NCBI GenBank assembly: GCA_948735595.1
Contig: CAPXSA010000027.1
Location: forward strand, 7,106-71,105
Origin: an uncultured Clostridia bacterium
Lineage (GTDB): Bacteria > Bacillota > Clostridia > TANB77 > CAG-508
Length of the DNA stretch: 64,000 nt
Reading direction: 5' to 3'
Positions within the stretch are counted from its first letter, which is position 1, and each line of letters starts with the position of its first letter. Position numbers and translations under genes: made by a program. Positions 9,105 to 18,632 of the stretch are shown here, one piece after another. Under the pieces are notes generated by a model. The model did not search any database, had not been told where the DNA came from, and was given only the letters and a program-made list of their open reading frames with translations.

Positions 9105-9638
9105 ATGAATATTTTAAACATTGCTATTAATAATGGAGAAGCTGCTATCACTGCACCTTGGAGTTGTTATACAGGTACTATTTCTATTCTAGGAACTATC
9201 CGTGAATTTCGTTTATATTACAAACATGTAAAAGCTTCTACTGTTAACTTTATCAACCATATTATCGAAGTAATACTTCCTAATAAATTTAAAAAAGCTA
9301 AAACAAACGACTTATTAAAAATTGTAGTTGCTAAATTATATGATAAAATTGCAGAACAAGAAATTGAAAGAGCAATGGAAAAAACAAGATTGTTATTAGG
9401 TTTTGCTCCTGAAGATTTTACTATGAAAAGATTTAAAAATGGGCAAATTTCTAAATGCTATACAGATGAAAAGAAAATTGTAATTAGTCCTGATATTGTA
9501 AAATATGATAGAAAAACTATTGAATACATTATTTTACATGAGTTTTGCCATTTAAAATACAAAACACATAGCAAAGGCTTTTGGCAAATGATGAAAACTT
9601 ATATGCCTAATTATGAAAAATATGAAATGAGTATATGA
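9105..9638 (+). CDS. YgjP/DUF45-like (SprT/M48-like) metal-dependent hydrolase
   Basis: HEFCH zinc motif in ILHEFCHLKYKTHSKGFWQMM; good AGGAGG SD. Confidence 0.7.
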   Translation: MNILNIAINNGEAAITAPWSCYTGTISILGTIREFRLYYKHVKASTVNFINHIIEVILPNKFKKAKTNDLLKIVVAKLYDKIAEQEIERAMEKTRLLLGFAPEDFTMKRFKNGQISKCYTDEKKIVISPDIVKYDRKTIEYIILHEFCHLKYKTHSKGFWQMMKTYMPNYEKYEMSI

Positions 9639-9685
9639 CAAACATAAGAGCAAATCTCTATTAAAAAGAAATTCGCTCTTACCTC

Positions 9686-10180
9686 TTACTTATTTATTCT
9701 TTCATAATTAATATATTCATAATCATATGGATTCTTCTCATCTTTGAGACCATTTTCTTTTAATGTTATTCTCCATTCTTCTTCATTTACTTTTGGAAAA
9801 TACACATCACCTTCAAAATCTTGATAAATTTTGGTAATATACATTTTATTGACATATGGCATTAATAATTCATAAATACTAGCACCACCAATGACAAAGT
9901 TTTCTTCTTCTGATTGAATATATTTATCCAATAACTTGATGTCTGATATCACTTCTACATTTTCATCTTGTATTTCTAATCTATTACTCTTGCATAAAAC
10001 AATATGTTTTCTGTTAGGTAATACTCTTCCTAAAGACTCAAAAGTTTTTCTTCCCATAATAATAGTATGACCAGTTGTTAGCTGTTTAAATCGTTTTAAG
10101 TCTTCTGGCAAATGCCAAATTAATTGGTTATCTTTTCCTATTACATTATTTTCTGCAACAGCTACAATAATACTTAACAT
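9686..10180 (-). CDS. folA: Dihydrofolate reductase
   Basis: MLSIIVAVAENNVIGKDNQLIWHLPEDLKRFK and GRKTFESLG motifs; directly downstream of thyA. Confidence 0.95.
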   Translation of the reverse strand: MLSIIVAVAENNVIGKDNQLIWHLPEDLKRFKQLTTGHTIIMGRKTFESLGRVLPNRKHIVLCKSNRLEIQDENVEVISDIKLLDKYIQSEEENFVIGGASIYELLMPYVNKMYITKIYQDFEGDVYFPKVNEEEWRITLKENGLKDEKNPYDYEYINYERINK

Positions 10181-10194
10181 ATTTTTCTCCCTTT

Positions 10195-11052
10195 TTATAT
10201 AGCTACTGGTATTCTTCCTAAATTAATTTCTTTATTATAGTCATATCCTTCTACTATAAAGTCTTCTACTTTAAATTCATAAAAGTTTTTAGTAGGATTA
10301 TTAATTTTTAATTTAGGACATACTTCCATAGGCTTTGCTTCTATTAATTGTTTTACTAATGGAATGTGTCTATCATAAATATGGCAATCTCCAATATTGT
10401 GAGTTAATGTTCCTACTCCTAATCCTGCACATTGTGCAAACATATGCTGAAGAGCTGCATATTGCATCGTATTCCAACCATTAGCTGTTAACATATCTTG
10501 TGAACGTTGATTTAAAATCAAATGTAATTTTCCTTCTTTTACTAGCCATTGTGTTCCAAACGCACATGGTTCTAAATTCATATCTTTTAATTCTTCATGA
10601 TTAAAAAGATTTGTCATCATTCTTCTACTAGATTGTTCATTATTTAATAGATAAAGAAGATAATCTACTTGGTCCATTTCCTTGATACCATCTTTCGTTC
10701 TAAAAGAATACTTTTTACCTAATTGATACCCATATGCTTTTCCTATGGTACCATTCTCATCTGCCCATTGATCCCAAATATGAGAATTTAATTCATGAAC
10801 ATTATTTGATTTTTTTTGCCAAATCCATAAAATCTCATCTATGGCATTTATCACTGTCTTTGTATTATTTCTTAAAGTAATCATTGGAAATTCTTTTTCC
10901 ACATCATATTTATTACTTACTCCTACAATAGAAATATAATTTGCATCTTCTCCATCTTGCCATTTTGTTCTAACATTTGTTCCTTCTGAAGAATATCCAT
11001 TTTCTAATATTTCTTTACAAGTATTGATAAAATTTTGGTCCGCTTGTGTCAT
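10195..11052 (-). CDS. thyA: Thymidylate synthase
   Basis: 285 aa ThyA-type protein. It carries the catalytic-Cys context EPCAFGTQW and lies directly upstream of folA. Confidence 0.9.
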   Translation of the reverse strand: MTQADQNFINTCKEILENGYSSEGTNVRTKWQDGEDANYISIVGVSNKYDVEKEFPMITLRNNTKTVINAIDEILWIWQKKSNNVHELNSHIWDQWADENGTIGKAYGYQLGKKYSFRTKDGIKEMDQVDYLLYLLNNEQSSRRMMTNLFNHEELKDMNLEPCAFGTQWLVKEGKLHLILNQRSQDMLTANGWNTMQYAALQHMFAQCAGLGVGTLTHNIGDCHIYDRHIPLVKQLIEAKPMEVCPKLKINNPTKNFYEFKVEDFIVEGYDYNKEINLGRIPVAI

Positions 11053-11144
11053 ATTTATTTCCTCCTATTTTACTTTTTGTTTATTAGTCTATCATTCTCT
11101 GAAACCTTTTTCAACCTCTTTTTTTAGTTATTTCTGTGTACCAT

Positions 11145-12038
11145 TTAATTTTCAATTGACAAATCAAAATTAGGTACATATTCTTCTTCATGCTCTCCTA
11201 ATTCCTGCATATAGCCATTTTCCAATTTTAACGTATACAAATAATTTTCAATCTCTTGATATTCTTTTTTAGTTAGCTTTCGGTTAAGGCTTTCTTCTTC
11301 CTTTGCTTGATAGGTTGGAAAATATTGTACCATTACACTCACATAAGTTCCTTCTGGCATATTTTCTTTTATCCATTTTAAAATATGTTTGGTGTTTTGC
11401 AAATGATTTGGTAAAACTAAATGTCTAATTATGACCCCTTTTTGTATCATTCCATTTTCATTAAAAATTGGTCTTCCTACTTGTCTATCCATCTCTTGAA
11501 TCGCCTCAGTTGCTATTTCAAAATACTTATCAACTTTAGAATATTTTTTGCTTAATTCATTGGAATAGTATTTTAAATCAGGTAAATAGATGTCTATTAA
11601 TCCTTCTAATTCTTTTAATGTTTCTATATTTTCATATCCATTGGTGTTATAGATAACCGGAATAGAAAGTCCTTCTTTCTTTGCTATAATCAGTGCTTCT
11701 TTTATTTGTTTGGCATACGCCGTTGGAGTTACTAAATTAATATTATGCACCCCTTTTGCTTGTTGCTTTAAAAATATGTGTGCTAACTCTCCTATTGTAA
11801 TCTCTCTTCCTTTTCCTTGCTGACTAATCTCATAGTTTTGACAATAAATACAGTTTAAATTGCAATGACTAAAAAACACCGTTCCTGAACCGTTTTCACC
11901 ACTAATACACGGTTCTTCATAACGGTGGATAGAGGCTAATGCTATTTTTATTTTATCATTGCATTTACAATATCCTATTCCTTTGGTTCTATCTATTCCG
12001 CAATTTCTTGGACATATGTTACATTTTTCTAAATTCAT
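11145..12038 (-). CDS. Radical SAM protein (PflX/YjjW-like activating-enzyme family)
   Basis: CNLNCIYCQN CxxxCxxC cluster motif. Confidence 0.8.
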   Translation of the reverse strand: MNLEKCNICPRNCGIDRTKGIGYCKCNDKIKIALASIHRYEEPCISGENGSGTVFFSHCNLNCIYCQNYEISQQGKGREITIGELAHIFLKQQAKGVHNINLVTPTAYAKQIKEALIIAKKEGLSIPVIYNTNGYENIETLKELEGLIDIYLPDLKYYSNELSKKYSKVDKYFEIATEAIQEMDRQVGRPIFNENGMIQKGVIIRHLVLPNHLQNTKHILKWIKENMPEGTYVSVMVQYFPTYQAKEEESLNRKLTKKEYQEIENYLYTLKLENGYMQELGEHEEEYVPNFDLSIEN

Positions 12039-12183
12039 TTTTTATTTAAGATACTAACCGTATCTGCTCCTTTATTTCAAGCATATTTTCTGCTTCATTT
12101 TATGCCATTTTTTTACCCTCGTCAACTACTAATTGACATTTTTCATTTTTTTGATATAATTCCATTTTAAGGAAGTGAAATGT

Positions 12184-12607
12184 ATGATATCAAAAAGTAA
12201 AGTGATTGTAAGATATGCAGAAACAGACCAAATGGGAATTGCACATCATAGTGTTTATCCAATTTGGTTTGAACTTGCTAGAACAGATTTAGCAAAACAA
12301 GCTGGATTCCCTTATTCTAAAATGGAGCAAGTAGGCGTTATGACACCATTAGTAGAACTTAGTTGTAAGTACAAAAAGCCTGTCCATTACGAAGATGAAT
12401 TAATTGTAACAGCTACTGTTAGCAAATTATCTGGGGTCAAAATAGAATTTTATTATGAAGTATTTTTAGAAAATGAGAATAAGCCAATTTGCATGCGGAA
12501 CTACAACACATGCATTAGTCAGTAGTAAAGATTTTCACATTATTAATGTAAAAAAAGAATTTCCTGATATATATAGCGTTATGGAAAAGATGATGGGAGA
12601 AGAATAA
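12184..12607 (+). CDS. YbgC/4HBT-family acyl-CoA thioesterase, interrupted by a frame break at CGG 12496-12498
   Basis: The N-terminus VRYAETDQMGIAHHSVYPIWFE is typical of 4HBT proteins. The +1 frame after 12496 reads GTTTHALVSSKDFHIINVKKEFPDIYSVMEKMMGEE and stops at 12605-12607. Confidence 0.75.
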
Positions 12608-12608
12608 A

Positions 12609-13349
12609 ATGAGTGTATTTGAAAAAAAATGTTATGTAGAAGTAAAAGATGTTGCCTCTCGTGGCTTTTTAACAAATGAGGGCTTTTTAAATTTATTAGA
12701 AAATGCTGCTTGTAGTCATTCAGAAGTGGCAGGTTTTGGAATTAATCAAATGGAACAAACCCACCTTTCTTGGGTTTTATTACAATGGAAAGTTAAAATC
12801 TTGAAAAGAGTGTTGTATAACTCTCCTGTTCTTGTAAGAACTTGGGCAAGGTCTGCTAATAAATGTCTAACCTATCGTGATTTTGAAATGTATGATGAGA
12901 ATAACGAATTAATTGGTATTGCCTCTACCAAGTGGAGTTTAGTAGACACACAAACAGGAAGAATTACAAAAATTACTCCTGAAATTATTGGTCGCTATTC
13001 TCCTGAGGATAACAAAAATGTTTTTGAAGAAGTAGAAATTGCTAAGTTAAGAGAACCTGAAGCTATAGATACAATAAATCCTTGCTATACTTTTACAGTT
13101 GCTAGAAGAGACATTGATATGAATCAGCATATGCATAACATTTATTATTTAGATTATGCAGTAGAAGCTCTACCTGAAGAAGTTTATCAAAATGAAAATC
13201 ATAATGAATTTGAAATTATGTATAAAAATGGGGCTAAACTTGGAGAATCTGTAAATTGCTTCTATTTTAAAGAAGAGAATACCCACATTATTGTAATGAA
13301 AAATGCACAAGATAACAGATTACATGCAATTATTCAATTAAAAAGCTAA
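12609..13349 (+). CDS. Acyl-ACP thioesterase
   Basis: 246 aa with double hot-dog architecture typical of acyl-ACP thioesterases (HLSWVLLQWKV..., DIDMNQHMHN). Confidence 0.8.
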   Translation: MSVFEKKCYVEVKDVASRGFLTNEGFLNLLENAACSHSEVAGFGINQMEQTHLSWVLLQWKVKILKRVLYNSPVLVRTWARSANKCLTYRDFEMYDENNELIGIASTKWSLVDTQTGRITKITPEIIGRYSPEDNKNVFEEVEIAKLREPEAIDTINPCYTFTVARRDIDMNQHMHNIYYLDYAVEALPEEVYQNENHNEFEIMYKNGAKLGESVNCFYFKEENTHIIVMKNAQDNRLHAIIQLKS

Positions 13350-13397
13350 GGGTTGGAAAACAGAACCGTCCCCTTTTCCAAAAGGAGAAAATAATTT

Positions 13398-14165
13398 ATG
13401 TTAGAAAAAATAGAATATATCTTTCCTAATAATAAGATAAATACTCAATTGTTTGATTTATTTGCTACCTTATTTGAGATCATTCCCTATGCAACAATTG
13501 ATACTAAAGAAATAAACTTAATTTCTTCTTCATTAATGCCTAAAACAGTGTTTAGGATGGATGATACTACTACTGTTCTACAATTGGATATTGGAAATTC
13601 AAAATATCTAAATTTATTAAACAAAAATAGCACCTATAGTGAGGATGAAACAATCACAAAATTACCTATTCAAGATGTTAAAAAAAGATTGAAAGGACAT
13701 ATAAAAAGAGTTGACCATACAGGAATTAATCTTCCTAGTAGTTTGTATAGCAAAAAAGATTGGAATACTTTATTAAAATATCTTGCTTCTATTAGTAATT
13801 TATATAATTATCCGACAGGGGAACCCTGGCCTTTTTTAATACCCTCTACAACAGATGAAAATTTAAATGAAATTAATAATTTTACAATACTAAGAGAACC
13901 TCGATTTGAAATAGTTTATGATGACTATACTAATATAGTAACCATTCAAATTGATATTGAAACAGATTTGTCAAAATCTGAAGTAGAAACACTTTTTCCT
14001 AAAGGTCAAGGAACTTACTTTAATTCTTTAGAAAATATTTTTAAAACTGTTTATCTAGATTACACCAATTATATAAATATAAGACTTGATATTAGATTTG
14101 CATGTTCACATAGTGATTTTGAGAGTGGAGAATGGTTTGTTTCTCAAGGAAAAAGAATAAAATAA
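13398..14165 (+). CDS. Hypothetical protein
   Basis: 255-aa ORF with an SD (aaaggag) and native composition. I recognise no family with confidence. Confidence 0.5.
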   Translation: MLEKIEYIFPNNKINTQLFDLFATLFEIIPYATIDTKEINLISSSLMPKTVFRMDDTTTVLQLDIGNSKYLNLLNKNSTYSEDETITKLPIQDVKKRLKGHIKRVDHTGINLPSSLYSKKDWNTLLKYLASISNLYNYPTGEPWPFLIPSTTDENLNEINNFTILREPRFEIVYDDYTNIVTIQIDIETDLSKSEVETLFPKGQGTYFNSLENIFKTVYLDYTNYINIRLDIRFACSHSDFESGEWFVSQGKRIK

Positions 14166-14201
14166 TATACCAACCAATAATTATAATATCCTAAATTTCA
14201 A

Positions 14202-14239
14202 ACAGACTGTTAATAAACTTTAATTTATTAACAGTCTGT
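14202..14239. terminator. 16-bp hairpin between convergent genes
   Basis: ACAGACTGTTAATAAA-ctttaa-TTTATTAACAGTCTGT. Confidence 0.6.
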
Positions 14240-14263
14240 GAAGATTCTAATCTTAGAATTTTT

Positions 14264-14842
14264 TTAAACTTCTCTTGCTTTAATAATTAATCTTTCGTTA
14301 GAATAATTACAACAAGTAATTAAAGTTACTTCTCTTTTTCCATTTGTTTTTTGTGACAAGCCGTACGTTTGATTTGGCTTTACTTTATATTTGTCATAAA
14401 TCTTATATTTTATAGTTCCATTCTCATTGTCTGTTAAAGTAAGAACATCTCCATTTTTTAAAGTATATAAATATCCAAACATATTCTTTGTGATATAGTT
14501 ATGACCTGTAATACAGAAGTTTCCTACTTCATTTGGATTTGGTCCAAAAAATTTCGTCACACAAATTTCCATTGCATTTTTAGTATAATCTTCTAAAACA
14601 CAAGTATCTATCTTTAGTTTTTCTATTTGTAAATTGGCTGTTACTTTGTGTCCTTTATACTGCGTTGCAACTACTTTCGTTTTATTTTTCACCTTTTCTT
14701 TTTCTTCTGTTGGTGTTTCTTCTTGTATATTTTTTGGTTCTTCCCCTGTCTTTATTTGTGCTTCTCCTGAAATTCCTTTTAGCATAAAAAGTAAAATCAG
14801 AAAAAGAATGATGAGTATTAACCATCTTAATACTTTGTTCAT
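14264..14842 (-). CDS. Sortase (membrane-anchored transpeptidase)
   Basis: N-terminal TM segment, His context ITGHNY, and catalytic TLITC motif. Confidence 0.85.
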   Translation of the reverse strand: MNKVLRWLILIILFLILLFMLKGISGEAQIKTGEEPKNIQEETPTEEKEKVKNKTKVVATQYKGHKVTANLQIEKLKIDTCVLEDYTKNAMEICVTKFFGPNPNEVGNFCITGHNYITKNMFGYLYTLKNGDVLTLTDNENGTIKYKIYDKYKVKPNQTYGLSQKTNGKREVTLITCCNYSNERLIIKAREV

Positions 14843-14860
14843 TTGTACTTTTACCTTAAT

Positions 14861-15886
14861 TTATAATTTATAACGTTTTGCTTCTTTTTGGCTTCTTAAA
14901 ACAAAATATAATACTAATAGTGCAAAGACTGCTAATAAAATATATACATATTGAGTTGTACCTGTTTGTGGATAAGTGGTTGGTAATTTCTCATCTGTAC
15001 TTGGCTTTGTAGTAGTTGTTGGCTTTTCTGCTGTCTTTTCTCCTACTGTAATATCAAAACTCTTATCTGCTATAACTGCATCTGAATTTTCTCTATCAAT
15101 TAATTTGATATGAACTGTATATTTCCCATCTGTATTGAATTCACCTTTTAATAGTAATTCTTGTTTAACATCTTTTCCACCAATGGCATATCCATCAGCT
15201 TCTCCCCATCCGCTTTGAAGTATATCAATTTCTGTTCCTGCATTATCTGTGGCAAGTAATTTTGCTGTTGCGTCATCTTTTGGTTTTGCAGTTACTTCTG
15301 CAATTAATCTAACATGATCATAATTTTTTCCCATAGTAGAAGCTGTTGTTAACTTCATATCTTTTGCTTCGTTCTTTTTTATAGTTCCTGTGTAATCTAG
15401 GCTTAAAGAATAGTTTACATAGTTTGGTTCTACTAATACATCTTTAATAATTGGTGTGGTAATATCGTCATAAGTTTCTGAAGCATCAGGATTTGACATT
15501 CCTGTTAGTGTAACAGAAAAATCAGTTGGATTGCTAGCAGTTAATCCTGTTTTTGCTTTAAAAGTAATCACTGCATTTGTTCTTGGGTTAGTTCCTCCTG
15601 TTGTATCATGATAAGTAAGAATTACTTTATCTCCTGTGTCATTATCTGTTCCACCTTCTGAACGTACATATTCAAAGACAGCATCATCATAAGCAGCATG
15701 AATAGTATATGCTCCTAGGTCTTTTCCAAAGCTAACTGTCAAATTCACTTCTTCTCCCGGTGCTATTTTTGCTTTACTTACTTCTGCTTTTACATTGTCA
15801 AGAGTTGCAGCTGAAGTAACGCTTGAAACAGAAATAATTGTAAAAAATAAGATTAAAATTGTAAAAATAGAAAATAATTTTTTCAT
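14861..15886 (-). CDS. Cell-wall-sorted surface protein with a cohesin-like N-terminal domain
   Basis: Signal peptide and a Thr/Pro linker. The C-terminal YPQTG motif is followed by a hydrophobic segment and a basic tail. The gene is adjacent to the sortase. Confidence 0.7.
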   Translation of the reverse strand: MKKLFSIFTILILFFTIISVSSVTSAATLDNVKAEVSKAKIAPGEEVNLTVSFGKDLGAYTIHAAYDDAVFEYVRSEGGTDNDTGDKVILTYHDTTGGTNPRTNAVITFKAKTGLTASNPTDFSVTLTGMSNPDASETYDDITTPIIKDVLVEPNYVNYSLSLDYTGTIKKNEAKDMKLTTASTMGKNYDHVRLIAEVTAKPKDDATAKLLATDNAGTEIDILQSGWGEADGYAIGGKDVKQELLLKGEFNTDGKYTVHIKLIDRENSDAVIADKSFDITVGEKTAEKPTTTTKPSTDEKLPTTYPQTGTTQYVYILLAVFALLVLYFVLRSQKEAKRYKL

Positions 15887-16057
15887 ATTTTAACTCCTTT
15901 CCAAATTTAATTTTTTAAAAATAGTCTAATCGTTCTATTTTCACTATTTATTATGTCTTATTTTTTTATTTTTATTTTTCCAATTTTTTAAATTTTTTTA
16001 ATCTTTGTATTGACAGAAAGAAGCTTCTAGCACGTCAAAATGCTAGAAGCTTTTTTC

Positions 16058-16486
16058 TTACTTTTTCTCAAAAATCATTGTTATTCCATCTTTGTCACGT
16101 ATTTTTCTTTTGCACACAAAGTCTAACTTTTTAGCTACTTTTCTCGAAGCTGTATTTTTAGACTCTATTGACAGAAAAAAGTCTATATCTGTCTTGACTA
16201 CTTCCATTACTCTAGCCACTGCTTCTGTTGCATACCCTCTTTTTCTAAACGGCTCATATACTTTATACCAAATCTCACCATCATAAACGAGAATCACATT
16301 GCCAATTTCTTGTTTCGTCTCTTTTAATAACATAGCATATTTCGTTGAAATATTATCTGGTGTTTTTCTTCTTTGTAATATTAACCGTTCTGTAGGAATA
16401 CTTTCTGGGCACGCTTTTTGGATTTTATTCATTTCTTTGAAAAAATCTTGTAATTCCTCCAAGTCAATTTCTATTTTATAATCCAT
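16058..16486 (-). CDS. GNAT family N-acetyltransferase (RimJ/RimL-like)
   Basis: TERLILQR N-terminal motif and RKRGYATEAV acetyl-CoA site. Confidence 0.8.
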   Translation of the reverse strand: MDYKIEIDLEELQDFFKEMNKIQKACPESIPTERLILQRRKTPDNISTKYAMLLKETKQEIGNVILVYDGEIWYKVYEPFRKRGYATEAVARVMEVVKTDIDFFLSIESKNTASRKVAKKLDFVCKRKIRDKDGITMIFEKK

Positions 16487-16719
16487 TATTCTGCCTCCAT
16501 TTATATGGTTAGATTAGAAGTATAGTAAATTCTACATATTAGTAGACCTTTTTCTATTATAACACTATTTTATGTAAAATGCTAGTTTTTTATAAATTCT
16601 CCCTTTTTCGCATATGTTTTTATCTTTCTTGAAAAAATATTAAATTCTCAATTACGAAATATCGCCTAATAGCAAAAAGAAAAGGAGTCGAATATTATTC
16701 TTCTCCCCTTCTTTTTTGG

Positions 16720-16941
16720 TTAGGCCTTTTGCATATCCAAAACACTGTCTCCAATTCTCTTGGTCAAAACTTCCTCCCCAATGGAGAACTTTTCGAACCG
16801 CTCGTCAAACCCCAAAATGCTTGTCGCATAGCGCTTACCGCTTTCAAAGAGCACGGTGATCTTCGTCTTGATATGCCCGTCACTTATTCGGCATGTTTCC
16901 ACGCCAATTCTTTTGATGACTTCTTTTTGTTGCCTTGCCAT
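16720..16941 (-). CDS. Hypothetical small protein in a G+C-rich islet
   Basis: The ATG at 16939-16941 is preceded by GGGAGG. The 73-aa product starts MARQQKEVIKRIG. Composition is visibly richer in G+C than the flanks. Confidence 0.45.
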   Translation of the reverse strand: MARQQKEVIKRIGVETCRISDGHIKTKITVLFESGKRYATSILGFDERFEKFSIGEEVLTKRIGDSVLDMQKA

Positions 16942-17040
16942 TCTCTTTTTTCCTCCCGAAATATTCATTTCGCTCTACAGTTTTCTCACAGATGCCTTGG
17001 AGTAACTAATAAAGAGCTATTTCTATTATACCACATTTTT

Positions 17041-17691
17041 TTATCTTCCACAACCACAGTCATTGTTTGACATGTTATTTTGCATCATGTTGTTGTTCAT
17101 ATAATTATTATCATTCATGAAAAATCTTTTTTCTGCAAGCTTATCTTGAACGCCTCTTAAGGCTTCTCCAAATCTTTGGAAGTGTACTACTTCTCTTTCT
17201 CTTAAGAAACGAAGTGGATCTACAACATCTGGATCATCTGCACATAAATCGATTAATTTTTCATAAGTTGCTCTGGCTTTTTGTTCAGCAGCCAAGTCTT
17301 CTTGTAAATCTGCAATTGGGTCACCTTTTACTGCTAATACAGATGCACTAAATGGCCATCCAGCAGCAGCTTGTGGATATACTCCAACACCATGGTCTGT
17401 GTAATAAGCGCCTAAGCCTGCTTCTTTCATTTCTTCTGCGCTTAATCCATCTGTTAATTGGTGTACAATACTTCCCACAATTTCTAAATGGGCTAATTCT
17501 TCTGTACCTATATCATTAAGAATTGCCTTAGATACTTGATCTGGCATACCAAATCTTTGACTTAGGTAACGAAGTGAAGCTGCTAATTCTCCATCAGGTC
17601 CTCCATACTGAGAAATAATGAATTTTGCCAATTTTGCATTAGGGCATTTTATTTTTACAGGGTATTCTAATACTTTATTATAAGTCCACAT
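17041..17691 (-). CDS. cotJC: Spore coat protein CotJC (manganese-catalase-like)
   Basis: ELAASLRYLSQRF and EELAHLE ferritin-like motifs; cotJA-JB-JC gene order. Confidence 0.9.
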   Translation of the reverse strand: MWTYNKVLEYPVKIKCPNAKLAKFIISQYGGPDGELAASLRYLSQRFGMPDQVSKAILNDIGTEELAHLEIVGSIVHQLTDGLSAEEMKEAGLGAYYTDHGVGVYPQAAAGWPFSASVLAVKGDPIADLQEDLAAEQKARATYEKLIDLCADDPDVVDPLRFLREREVVHFQRFGEALRGVQDKLAEKRFFMNDNNYMNNNMMQNNMSNNDCGCGR

Positions 17692-17692
17692 A

Positions 17693-18142
17693 CTAGTCTC
17701 TTCCTCCTTCCCATGGCCAAGGTTGTTCTAGCCATCTCCATTTTTTACATGGATAATAAATGCTTAAAGGTCCATATACTCTTTGGTATTGATCTTTTAA
17801 TTCTTTTAATTGTTTCGTATATTCTCTGTGTAAGCAAAGTGCTTTTTGGTCATCATGATGTGTGTCTAAATATAGACCTAACTCAATAACCGCAAAATTT
17901 AAGCATTTGATTTGACCTATCATTTCTTCTCTTACTCGTTTTCTTTCATCACAACATTGTTCTGGTGTCATTTGACAACCACATCCGTCATTTTGAACCA
18001 TGTTTGCAGTGTTATAACCAAAAGCTGCATTAATTCCTTGAGGTATATAGTCACAATTGCAGTTTTCTAAGTTATTTCCCATACATTCACAATTTGTTTG
18101 ATTGTCTTGCATACAACCACAATTTCTATCTTCTAACAACAT
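17693..18142 (-). CDS. cotJB: Spore coat protein CotJB
   Basis: The C-terminal half (FAVIELGLYLDTH...YGPL) matches CotJB. It lies between cotJA and cotJC. Confidence 0.8.
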   Translation of the reverse strand: MLLEDRNCGCMQDNQTNCECMGNNLENCNCDYIPQGINAAFGYNTANMVQNDGCGCQMTPEQCCDERKRVREEMIGQIKCLNFAVIELGLYLDTHHDDQKALCLHREYTKQLKELKDQYQRVYGPLSIYYPCKKWRWLEQPWPWEGGRD

Positions 18143-18555
18143 TTATTACACCCCTCTCCAATTTCATTTGCTTGTTTTAAATACTCGATTTCTGCCATAC
18201 TTTGACCTGGCATATATGGACTTACTAATTCTGGGAAAATTGTTCCCATTTTTAATCCACAGCAAGGTGTAAAAGTTTTATCCATTTCTTGAATTGGCAC
18301 ATAGCTTTGTGCTAACATTGGATTTTCTGGAAATGGGCTTGCTACTTCATCAAATCCGCAACCACAATTATCTGTCATATCGCTTTGTCCACAATGACAT
18401 CCACAGTTGCAACCACAATTACAACCACAACCAACAGCTGCGCTTGGCATAAAGTCAGCATATTCGGCTGTTGTTCCAACATTATTACAAATGTTTTCGA
18501 TTACTTGTGGATTGTAGTTGTTTTGGCAACAACATCTTCTATAACGATTAAACAT
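18133..18555 (-). CDS. cotJA: Spore coat-associated protein CotJA, Cys-rich N-terminal region
   Basis: The C-terminal LAQSYVPIQ...GTIFPEL motif is typical of CotJA. A CGCNCGCNCGCHCG repeat is present. Confidence 0.8.
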   Translation of the reverse strand: MFNRYRRCCCQNNYNPQVIENICNNVGTTAEYADFMPSAAVGCGCNCGCNCGCHCGQSDMTDNCGCGFDEVASPFPENPMLAQSYVPIQEMDKTFTPCCGLKMGTIFPELVSPYMPGQSMAEIEYLKQANEIGEGCNKCC

Positions 18556-18632
18556 CTTTCTTTTCCTCCTTATTTTTCGTTTATACTACATTTTATGACA
18601 AAATGAGGAAAAATGTGCAAAAAAGAAGAGTG

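Noticed and set aside
13340-13385. The hairpin TTGGAAAA-cagaaccgtccc-CTTTTCCAA, which contains cgtcccc, as another REP copy.
   Set aside because: It shares only a 7-nt string with the REP family. It is more simply the terminator of the acyl-ACP thioesterase gene.
16385-16387. The GNAT gene's in-frame CGG as an eighth frameshift site.
   Set aside because: The ORF continues in frame through CGG. The residue is the conserved Arg of the TERLIL motif, and the +1 frame hits TAA immediately. I keep it as the counter-example that any CGG-recoding model must explain.
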